In this document: positions 1-10,597 of the stretch, piece by piece
Position numbering within the stretch: position 1 is the first letter of the stretch
How the letters are laid out: each line of letters opens with the position of its first letter
Assembly (NCBI RefSeq): GCF_902713615.1
Contig: NC_052162.1
Span: 133,510,653-133,574,652 of the forward strand
DNA: 64,000 nt
Source of the DNA: Scyliorhinus canicula
Lineage: Eukaryota
Direction: 5' to 3'
Notes under the pieces: model-generated
Told to the model about the DNA's origin: nothing
What the model saw: the letters and a program-made list of their open reading frames with translations, nothing else
Databases searched by the model: none
Translations under genes and position numbers: made by a program

Positions 1-3000
1 CCTTCCCAGTGCTGCTATGAGTGAGATATGCCAATCGTTGCTGCAGTCTCCTCTGTCCACTTTGTTTTCAGATATTGGTTATGATTTTGCATCATGAATC
101 TCCTGTGGGATGAGTTATATCTTCCAGCAGAGAAGGAGCAGGCCATAAATGTTCAGAAGCATAGCAATAAAAATTCACCAATTTTCATTCATTTATGAAT
201 ATAATTAATTAGATTCACAAATTGCCATCGTTCCACAAAGTACAGTTTTAAATTAAGTTGTACGGTGTGGCCGCCGAGGGTTAGGCCATGACTTATTGTC
301 CATCACTAATTGCCTTTCACAAAGAGGCGGTGAACTGCCTGTTTGAACCTCTGCAGTCACTCTGGTGTAGGTACACCGACGATGCTGTTAGGGAGGAAGC
401 TGTAGGTTTTTGAACCAGCGCATATTCGGTGATATATTTCAAAGTTAGGTTAGTGAGTGATTTGGAGGTAGATCTCTTAACCTTACTTCCATCAATCTCA
501 ATAAACATTCGACATCGTCAGCAGAGCAGGGACTTTAAGATTTGGAGGGGAATTTCCAAGTGGTCATCTTCCCATGTGTCTGCTGCCTTTTCCTTCTAGA
601 AGGTAATGGTCCTGGGTTTAGAAAGTGTTTCAAGGGCGACTTGCTGCGTTCCTGCAGCTCATCATGTGGATGGTACATTATTGTCATTGTGCTTCCGTGG
701 TGGATGGAATGAGTGTTTGCGCATAGGGTGGAAATCAAGCGGGGCTGTTTTGGCCTGTATGGTGTCAGAGTATTCAACAGTCCTTACTTGTGCCTTGCAG
801 ATGGTGAACAGGCGTTGGGAGTCAGGAGGTGAGTTGCTCGCCGCAGGCTTCCAAGACGCTGACCGTATCTTGTAGCCTCAGCATTTATATGGCCAGTCCA
901 GGACAGTTTCTGGTCAATGGTAACCCCATGGTATTGATAATTGGGGATTCCACGATGGCAATATCAGTCAATATCAAATGGCGATGGTGAGATTCTATTT
1001 TGCTTGAGATGGTCATTGTTTCGCATTTCCGTGGCGAATATTACCAATTGTCACAATTCACAAAGTGAAATAATGATATTAATCAATTATCATCAACTCA
1101 CAACATAAAAAGTTATGTTCACCAATTATGATACGCACTTTCTTTCACAAAATGTAAATGCAATTCATTTAAGGGAGGTGGATTTGAGACCAGGAAGAGA
1201 TCAGCCATGATGATTGAATGGCGGAGCAGGCTCGAAGGGCTGAATTTCCGACTTCTGGTCCTCATTTCTATTTTCGTATGTTTAACATAATGTATTGAGA
1301 TTAAACGTAATTGAGATAGCATTGACCATTCTGTCACCAGGAAGTCACATCTTCATCGGAATTCAATGTGAAATGGAATTAAACCACACCGAGATTAATG
1401 TGCAGCTTCCCAGCAGCCTCTGCGCTCTATTGGTCAGTAATCACCTCATCGTCAAACAGAATCTCTACACTGGAGTGTGAGATGATTTTTAAAGTGATGG
1501 TAGAAACGAAAATACCTCTACCTAATGTGACGTTAATGAATCTCTAAATATGGATTTGTTATGGAAAAGTAATTCAAAGTCTGCAGCTGTCCACCGAGTT
1601 TCACAGGATTTCTGTTCCAAGTCTGGTGTCTTATTGATTTGGGCGAGGACATCTTGAGTGACCTATTGTACATGAAATGACCACATGTTGCAAAAATTAC
1701 AGCCGTCCCTCCTCAATGTAATCATGTTCCCGCTTTCTGTTTAGGGTGAAGATTCGCTGTCAGCGGAGAAGAATCACCAGAACCGCAGGAATATCTCCAG
1801 TTTCCTCTTAGTGACGTCCATCTCATCAGTTCCTGATAGTCTGGGGATGGAATTCACCCAGGAAAGCTTCAGCCACCGAATGTATTAGACTGACACAAAT
1901 TATAATGGACCTGCTTTAATTTATCAAGATCAAAATTGAGAATGTGGAACAACATCTTTCAGACTATCTATCCATCCATCCATCAACCCAGTCACTGATT
2001 CCGCAAACAAATTGTTCAGGCATCCAACCAACATCCATCCCTACATCAAAGTAGTAATCCCTTTATCTTTTGGGTGGATGGTAGGGAAGTATTCATGACA
2101 TTGAACCAATAATTCCGTGGGAACTCGGGAACACATACCACCACGGCCGGTGGGGAAATTTTAGTTCAATTAATAAATTTGGAATACATACTAACTGTGA
2201 CCATGAAATCCGCTCTGCTTTACCAATGAAGGAAATCTGACAACCCTCCCTGGTCTCACCTACATGTGGCTCCAGTCGGACAGCAACATGTCTGACTCTT
2301 CAGTTCCTTCTGAGCTGGCCCAGTTAATCACTCAGTTCAACAGCAATTACGGACAGGGAACACGTGGTGGTCTTGCCAGTGAGTCTCACATTCCATGGAA
2401 GCACATAGGGAAAAAAAACCAAGAATATACATATTGATCTGTGAAAAATGAGTCCCTGTCTGATCGTCTATTGTATTTCTATCCATCATCACAATGTTAT
2501 GAGGTGTGGGAGAGATCCTCCAGCCGGCAGTTGTTGCTAAGAGGGGCAAGAAAAGCTGGATAATTCTCCTTTCCTGAGATGGGAACAGTTCAAATAGGTT
2601 CACAATTTAAAACATAAAATGATCTCCAGTGCTGTTGCTGGGTAGATTTGTTTATAAATAGTCCTCATTGACAATGTTAAAAGTTTGAAGTTGGCTTGCA
2701 GCCAAGCGGTCAGTGCTGAAGAAACAGATCTTTGAAAAAAATCCAGATGTTTCCTGTAAACAACATTGAACATTCGAGCCTCCCTGACTGCAGGCAGCTG
2801 GATTGCTGCCAAATACTGTGTGGGGCAGATTAGCCTGAATATGAATGGACACAACGGGATTTATCCATTCAAACAATAAATGTTTCAGTCGCACATGAAG
2901 TAAACGTTTTAAATGGTGTTCCATCTAAATAAATATATTCAGTAAATGTTCTGTTCACTTTGAGATTAAACATGATCGGAAAATAGTAAACGGACTAACT

Positions 3001-3124
3001 GCAATTTAAGTTACATTAGTTCCGAGTAAAGGTCACTCTAGTTATTAAAGTCCGTTTGTTAAGAACCTAATGAAGTGAGAGTGAGTGGTGTTGATGGACC
3101 CCGTCCACAAGCCCAATAAGATGA

Positions 3125-3782
3125 GTGGAATTGTAAAACAGATGAATTAAATTAAAAGGAAATCATAATTCTGCATTGAACCCGCCGGAATTCCTGGAAT
3201 ATTCTCCAAGTTGTTGACTTGATTTGAACGGAGGCATCTCTTATACCTGATCAGTACCGTGTTGTGTACAGTTTAATTTGTGCTGATTCCCATTATTTAA
3301 CAGTCCCTCTCATTGCTGCCAATGAGTGGAGAAATGACCAGTTCATGACCAGCTTCAGTGGAAGATAACACATTTATTCCTGTGATATTGTGTAATATGC
3401 CGCAAAGTCCTGATATCCTGTGTTCCCAACACCAGTGAATGTTAGACAGCCGGTGGGCAGTGAAATTAGCGGCAATGATTTGGATGCTGAAGGATAACTT
3501 TGCTGATCGCCGTGTCCGTTCTGATTCATTAACTTCTCTGTCAAAAGCTGGTGTGAATTTTATGTTTCTCTGTCAACTCACTGCTGAATTATCAGGCAAG
3601 CGGCTTCTTTTACCGCTAATGTTCACACGACTGTCTGAGGCTCAGGGGCAGTTCGAGAAATGTAAAGAGAGATATTGTGTAATGTGAGGAGTTTCTTCTT
3701 GTCCCCAGGCAGGAATTCCGGCGGGTTCAAGGCAGAATTATGATTTGCTTTTAATTTAACTTATTTGTTTTACAATTCTACT
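3125..3782. repeat. Inverted-repeat (MITE-like) element, arms about 75 bp
   Basis: 3125-3198 is the imperfect reverse complement of 3709-3782 (core AATTCTGC.TTGAACCCGCCGGAATTCCTG); weaker inner arms. Confidence 0.75.
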
Positions 3783-3840
3783 TGCACACTTTAAATAAAA
3801 TCACTTTATTCATTCCCCGTATTTAGTTACAATTTGCCTG

Positions 3841-4159
3841 ATAGAACATACAGTGCAGAAGGAGGCCATTCGGTCCATCGAGTCTACACCGACCTAATTA
3901 AGCCCTCACTTCCACCCGATCCCCGTAACCCAATAACCCTCCCAACGTTTTTGGACACGAAGGGCAATTTAGCATGGCCAATCCACCTAATCTGCACGTT
4001 TTTGGACTGTTGGAGGAAACCGGAGCACCCGGAGGAAACCCACACAAACACGGGGAGAACGTGCAGACTCCTCACAGACAGTGACCCCGCAGGGAATCGA
4101 ACCTGGGACCCTGGCGCTGTGAAGCCACAGTGTTATCCACTTGTGCTACCCTGCTGCCC
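3841..4159 (-). mobile_element. HE1-type tRNA-derived SINE
   Basis: Pol III boxes, core GGTGGATTGGCCATGCTAAATTGCCC, CR1-like 3' tail. Confidence 0.85.
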
Positions 4160-4558
4160 ACCTAAATTATAAGTTATTGTTTTAATGGGATAAAGACCCG
4201 GAGTTGTTACAAATCAGACAGACAGACATCTTATTCCCTGTTAATATAATTTAACCTGTTTGTGTTCATCCCATTATGTTGAAGAGTAGAAATAAAGGTA
4301 CTGAGTTTACAATGGAATTAACTTTTATTAACAGATGAGAAAATATGATTTCAGATTAGGATGATGAGATATATTACAATTAATCAATTCAGACAAACAA
4401 ATATCCCGCTACAGATAAATGTCCACTTTTAATAATAACCTATAGTAATTCCCTGGGTCCATTCAGTTGGGGGTGTGGAAGGTGGGACGTGGGTCCAGTC
4501 GCCGCCTCCACCAGGGAATCAACAGGCGGCGCCTGGAAAGCCGCCCCCTTCTGCCGGG

Positions 4559-4566
4559 TATTTAAA
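4559..4566 (+). promoter_or_regulatory. TATA-like box of the VH promoter
   Basis: TATTTAAA about 85 nt upstream of the leader ATG, after a GC-rich stretch; no octamer seen nearby. Confidence 0.55.
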
Positions 4567-4645
4567 TGCCGCTCACTGGGACCCGAATCCAACAGTCCGG
4601 GAGCTGGTTTGTTCACTGAGTTCCTGACACAACCATTTCCCCCAA

Positions 4646-4703
4646 ATGACCAGAAGGATGAGGTGGGCCATTTCTCTCAGTTTGTTGTTGACTTTCTTAT
4701 CCC
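4646..4703 (+). CDS. IGHV: IgH leader exon (L1), MTRRMRWAISLSLLLTFLS; alternative ATG at 4658
   Basis: Hydrophobic signal peptide ending in a phase-1 GTGAGT donor at 4704; splices in frame to the V exon at 4832. Confidence 0.9.
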
Positions 4704-4831
4704 GTGAGTAGTTTTTATTGTCCAAGTCTCTCACTGTTACTGTCTCAGTGTTAGTCTCTCTCTGGAATGTTCCAGAGTCACCAATCATTTCACCAGCATT
4801 AATCCTCGGGCTTTTTGATATATTTTTACAG

Positions 4832-5140
4832 GTGTCCAGTCGGATGTTGTGTTGACTCAGCCGGAGGCAGAGACCGGGCGTCCCGGAGGCTCACTGAGAC
4901 TGACCTGCAAAACCAGCGGGTTCAATCTCGGCAGCACCTGGATGAGCTGGGTCCGCCAGGTTCCCGGACAGGGGCTGGAGTGGTTGCTTTGGTACTATAG
5001 TTCATCCAGCACCATCTACTACGCGCCAGGGATTCAGGGCCGATTTACTCCGTCCAAAGACACTTCAAGCAACATCTTCGCTTTGGCAATGGCGAACCTA
5101 AAGACCGAAGACACCGCCATCTATTACTGTGCAAGAGAGT
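4832..5140 (+). CDS. IGHV: Germline VH segment (L2 + V), shark IgM type
   Basis: TTTTTACAG acceptor; DVVLTQPE...LTCKTSGF...[12 protein letters not shown]...[10 protein letters not shown] with both Cys and the Trp conserved; open frame. Confidence 0.97.
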
Positions 5141-5179
5141 CACAGCGAGAGGAACCAGGGCTGGACCCGCACAATAACA
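5141..5179 (+). other. VH 3' RSS (23-bp spacer)
   Basis: CACAGCG + 23 nt + ACAATAACA directly after YYCARE. Confidence 0.92.
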
Positions 5180-5541
5180 GCTCGAGAGGGAATTCAGCAA
5201 CTTGCACCTTAACCTGAAGGTCAGCACTTGATTCAAATCTAATATTAATGTCAGTGGTCAGAACCGGACCACGAGCCGCGTCTGACACAACTCAGACAGA
5301 CAAATGTTCGCAGTAAAACCTAACAAACCTACCGATATCAATGTGACTGTGTTTATATGTAATGTCTCAGTTTCAGCAATTACTGACCTGAATATGATAC
5401 TTGTTTTAATCTGTCTATAATATGGAGCAGAGCTTTATCCATTGTGTTTTGTAAACGGTTGAATAAATTGTAAATTAGATCAGAAGTAAACGTGCATTTG
5501 ATGTGAATATTAAGTGGTAAGACTGTACAGAGAGTGAGTGC

Positions 5542-5619
5542 AGTTTTTGTGCGGGTGTCTGTCACTGTGACTACAGTGGGTCACAGTGCTGTGCACAGCG
5601 ACATCCTCATACAAAAACC
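5542..5619 (+). other. IGHD1: D1 segment (ACTACAGTGGGT, 5570-5581) with 12-RSS on the 5' side and 22-RSS on the 3' side
   Basis: AGTTTTTGT-12-CACTGTG | D | CACAGTG-22-ACAAAAACC. Confidence 0.95.
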
Positions 5620-5924
5620 TCAGAGAAAGAGTCTGTTCAAATTGGTGATCAGCGCCACAGCAGGGTTATCAATGTAAATGAGTTATAAATAAAACAGAGT
5701 TTGGACGTAATATTAGTTTGCAAAAAGGTATTAAAATCCTCCACTTTATCTCTGTTGACCGACACGCGAAATGTGCACAGAAGGTTTAAAAGTGTTCCGA
5801 TCATCTTTATAAATGTAATGACCAAGACAAGCTGAAATAGATTCGCTCTTGGAAGAGACAGAGTTAGGTTTTTGAGAGAGCAGTGAAATTCAATCTCTGT
5901 ATTTTACAGTTAAGAGTCTGCCGC

Positions 5925-5992
5925 AGTATTTGACACGCTGTGTCTCACTGTGATAACTGGTTGGCACAGCAGTTACTGTCAATACAAAAAGC
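5925..5992 (+). other. IGHD2: D2 segment (ATAACTGGTTGG, 5953-5964) with 12-RSS on both sides
   Basis: AGTATTTGA-12-CACTGTG | D | CACAGCA-12-ACAAAAAGC. Confidence 0.92.
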
Positions 5993-6314
5993 CCCTCAGC
6001 ACTAATTAACTGAGGCTGGCTCAGTGCTCGCTTTTATAATCCAACTTTATTTACAGTGAAGCATTATTTATTTCCAGCACTGACAAAATAATAAGAATTA
6101 ATCTGGAAAATTGGTGGTCGTTATTTAGTCACAGTTGGTGTTTTCAGTAACATTTCCATGTCTGTGAAATATAAAACATTCGGTCATTTATGAAGAGAGA
6201 ACGGTATCCACAAATATTAATATAATTTCCTGAAAATTAATCGTGAATTTTCTTTGCCGTTAGTCGGTGAATATTTAAAATAATGGTGGATTTCTGTCTA
6301 TTTTATGCAGGTGC

Positions 6315-6353
6315 AGTTATTGTATGGAGCTGCCCAGGGAATGTAACACTGTG
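6315..6353 (+). other. JH 5' RSS (23-bp spacer)
   Basis: AGTTATTGT-23-CACTGTG. Confidence 0.92.
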
Positions 6354-6401
6354 ACATCATGGACTACTGGGGACAGGGGACCATGGTGACGGTGACTGCA
6401 G
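6354..6401 (+). CDS. IGHJ: JH segment (IMDYWGQGTMVTVTA)
   Basis: WGxG motif; phase-1 GTAAGA donor at 6402. Confidence 0.97.
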
Positions 6402-6973
6402 GTAAGAACCATTCCGTCATTTACCAACTGTTTTACTTGAGTATTTGTTTTATATTTTTCTGCATTTTCAAAATCCATTCGTTCACTGAAATGTGTTTTG
6501 GTGGATCATGTATTGAGATGTTGTTGCAATGTTTCATTTGATTCTGCTGAAAGGGGGATATAGAATCCCGCGGTTTCTTGACCGAAAGATGCTGCTGAGG
6601 GATTCAGTCCCTGTTTGCTGTGATTTGATGTTTATTTGCTGAGGATACTGTGTGGCGGGGTTAGTTTAAATACAGAACGTCTGTTTTTACGATGTTTAAT
6701 CTCGGTTCTATCTAATGTCTGCAGTTTGTACCGTCTTCTGCACAAGTGTTTGAGATCTAACCCAATGTTAACAAAATGTGCTAAAGTTTCTCCATTATCT
6801 TATTGAATATGATCCGCTTACTGACAATGCTGATGTTATTATTCCACTTTTGTGTTTCGTTTAATTCTTCATTCATTTGATGACATGAGGGTTTGGTGCA
6901 TTCTAGATTGAGATTTTCTTGCAATGTTGCATTTGGTTCTGTTGAAAGGGTTTGTAGAATTGAACTGCTTCTC

Positions 6974-9900
6974 TAAGTAACAAGTATACCGTTTTGGATA
7001 CTTGTGGGGGGGACGACTTACCAGGGGTAAGCCATGGGGTACGGGCCTCTGGCACGGAGTCTGTCCCTGTTGCTCAGAAGGGAAGGGGGGAAAGGAGTAG
7101 AACATTAGTAATTGGGGACTCAATAGTCAGGGGCACAGATAGGAGATTTTGTGGGAGCGAGAGAGACTCACGTTTGGTATGTTGCCTCCCAGGTGCAAGG
7201 GTACGTGATGTCTCGGATCGTGTTTTCCGGGTCCTTAAGGGGGAGGGGGAGCAGCCCCAAGTCGTAGTCCACATTGGCACTAACGACATAGGTAGGAAAG
7301 GGGACAATGATGTCAGGCAGGCCTTTAGGGAGCTAGGATGGAAGCTCAGAGCGAGAACAAACAGAGTTGTTATCTCTGGGTTGTTGCCCGTGCCACGTGA
7401 TAGTGAGATGAGGAATAGGGAGAGAGAGCAATTAAACACGTGGCTACAGGGATGGTGCAGGCGGGAGGGATTCAGATTTCTGGATAACTGGGGCTCTTTC
7501 TGGGGAAGGTGGGACCTCTATAGACAGGATGGTCTACACCTGAACCTGAGGGGCACCAATATCCTGGGGGGGAGATTTGTTAGTACTCTTTTGGGGGGGT
7601 TTAAACTAATTCAGCAGGGGCATGGGAACCTGGATTGTAGTTTTGGGGTGCGAGAGATTGAGAGTAGAGAGGTCAGGAGCACAGTTTTGACTTCGCAGGA
7701 GGGCGGCAGTGTTCAGGTCTGTGGTTTGAAGTGTGTCTATTTCAATGCCAGGAGTATACGAAATAAGGTAGGGGAACTGGCAGCATGGGTTGGTACCTGG
7801 GACTTCGATGTTGTGGCCATTTCAGAGACATGGATAGAGCAGGGACAGGAATGGTTGTTGCAGGTTCCGGGGTTTAGGTGCTTTAGTAAGGTCAGAGAAG
7901 GGGGCAAAAGAGGGGGAGGTGTGGCGCTGCTAGTCAAGGACAGTATTACGGTGGTAGAAAGGATGCAAGATGGGGACTCTTCTTCCGAGGTAGTATGGGC
8001 TGAGGTTAGAAACAGGAAAGGAGAGGTCACCCTGTTGGGAGTTTTCTATAGGCCACCTAATAGTTCTAGAGATGTAGAGGAAAGGATGGCGAAGATGATT
8101 CTGGAAAAGAGCGAAAGTAACAGGGTAGTTGTTATGGGAGACTTTAACTTTCCTAATATTGACTGGAAAAGATATAGTTCGAGTACATTGGATGGGTCGT
8201 TCTTTGTACAATGTGTGCAGGAGGGTTTTCTGACACAATATGTTGACAGGCCAACAAGAGGTGAGGCCACTTTGGATTTGGTTTTGGGTAATGAACCAGG
8301 CCAGGTGTTAGATCTGGAGGTAGGTGAACACTTTGGAGACAGTGACCACAATTCGGTGACCTTTACGTTAGTGATGGAAAGGGATAAGTATACCCCGCAG
8401 AGCAAGAGTTATAGCTGGGGGAAGGGCAATTATGATGCCATTAGACATGACTTAGGATGTGTTGGTTGGAGAAGTAGGCTGCAAGGGTTGGGCACACTGG
8501 ATATGTGGAGCTTGTTCAAGGAACAGCTATTGCATGTTCTTGATAAGTACGTACCAGTCAGGCAGGGAGGAAGGGGTCGAGCGAGGGAACCGTGGTTTAC
8601 CAAAGAAGTGGAATCTCTTGTTAAGAGGAAGAAGGAGGCCTATGTGAAGATGAGGCGTGAAGTTTCAGTTGGGGCGCTTGATAGTTACAAGGAAGCGAGG
8701 AAGGATCTAAAGAGAGAGCTGAGACGAGCAAGGAGGGGACATGAGAAGTCTTTGGCAGGTAGGATCAAGGAAAACCCAAAAGCTTTCTATAGGTATGTCA
8801 GGAATAAAAGAATGACTAGGGTAAGAGTAGGGCCAGTCAAGGACAGTGGTGGGAAGTTGTGTGTGGAGGCTGAGGAGATAAGCGAGATACTAAATGAATA
8901 CTTTTCGTCAGTATTCACTCAAGAAAAAGATAATATTGTGGAGGAGAATGCTGAGACCCAGGCTATTAGAATAGATGGCATTGAGGTGCGTAGGGAAGAA
9001 GTGTTGGCAATTCTGGACAAGGTGAAAATAGATAAGTCCCCGGGGCCGGATGGGATTTATCCTAGGATTCTCTGGGAAGCCAGGGAAGAGATTGCTGAGC
9101 CTTTGGCTTTGATTTTTAGGTCATCATTGGCTACAGGAATAGTGCCAGAGGACTGGAGGATAGCAAATGTGGTCCCTTTGTTCAAGAAGGGGAGTAGAGA
9201 TAACCCCTGTAACTATAGGCCGGTGAGCCTAACGTCTGTGGTGGGTAAAGTCTTGGAGAGGATTATAAAAGATACGATTTATAATCATCTAGATAGGAAT
9301 AATATGATTAGGGATAGTCAGCATGGTTTTGTGAAGGGTAGGTCATGCCTCACAAACCTTATCGAGTTCTTTGAGAAGGTGACTGAACAGGTAGACGAGG
9401 GTAGAGCAGTTGATGTGGTGTATATGGATTTCAGTAAAGCGTTTGATAAGGTTCCCCACGGTCGGCTATTGCAGAAAATACGGAGGCTGGGGATTGAGGG
9501 TGATTTAGAGATGTGGATCAGAAATTGGCTAGTTGAAAGAAGACAGAGAGTGGTAGTTGATGGGAAATGTTCAGAATGGAGTTCAGTTACGAGTGGCGTA
9601 CCACAAGGATCTGTTCTGGGGCCGTTGCTGTTTGTCATTTTTATAAATGACCTAGAGGAGGGCGCAGAAGGATGGGTGAGTAAATTTGCAGACGACACTA
9701 AAGTCGGTGGAGTTGTAGACAGTGCGGAAGGATGTTGCAGGTTACAGAGGGACATAGATAAGCTGCAGAGCTGGGCTGAGAGGTGGCAAATGGAGTTTAA
9801 TGTGGAGAAGTGTGAGGTGATTCACTTTGGAAAGAATAACAGGAATGCGGAATATTTGGCTAATGGTAAAATTCTTGGTAGTGTGGATGAGCAGAGGGAT

Positions 9901-10597
9901 CTCGGTGTCCATGTACATAGATCCCTGAAAGTTGCCACCCAGGTTGATAGGGTTGTGAAGAAGGCCTATGGTGTGTTGGCCTTTATTGGTAGAGGGATTG
10001 AGTTCCGGAGCCATGAGGTCATGATGCAGCTGTACCAAACTCTGGTACGGCCGCATTTGGAGTATTGCGTACAGTTCTGGTCGCCTCATTATAGGAAGGA
10101 CGTGGAAGCTTTGGAACGGGTGCAGAGGAGATTTACCAGGATGTTGCCTGGTATGGAGGGAAAATCTTATGAGGAAAGGCTGATGGACTTGAGGTTGTTT
10201 TCGTTAGAGAGAAGAAGGTTAAGAGGTGACTTAATAGAGGCATACAAAATGATCAGAGGGTTAGATAGGGTGGACAGCGAGAGCCTTCTCCCGCGGATGG
10301 AGGTGGCTAGCACGAGGGGACATAGCCTTAAATTGAGGGGTAATAGATATAGGACAGAGGTCAGAGGTGGGTTTTTTACGCAAAGAGTGGTGAGGCCGTG
10401 GAATGCCCTACATGCAACAGTAGTGAACTCGCCAACATTGAGGGCATTTAAAAATTTATTGGATAAGCATATGGATGATAAGGGCATAGTGTAGTTAGAT
10501 GGCCTTTAGTTTTTTTTTTCCATGTCGGTGCAACATCGAGGGCCGAAGGGCCTGTACTGCGCTGTATCGTTCTATGTTCTATGTTCTATGTTCTATG
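6974..10597 (+). mobile_element. 5'-truncated CR1-clade LINE, copy 1 (ORF1 SGNH-esterase part fused in frame to the APE-RT ORF2)
   Basis: LVIGDSIVR esterase motif, APE motifs (SETW, GDFN, SDH), RT FADD; 3' tail (TTCTATG)x4. Confidence 0.95.

Noticed and set aside
4832-6401. Germline-joined VDJ, IgW or IgNAR identity
   Set aside because: V, D1, D2 and J all keep intact RSSs, and four C exons with an IgM-type tailpiece and TM indicate conventional IgM.
7074-10487. Minus-strand ORFs inside CR1 (also 56816-59755)
   Set aside because: Antisense shadows of the LINE coding sequence.
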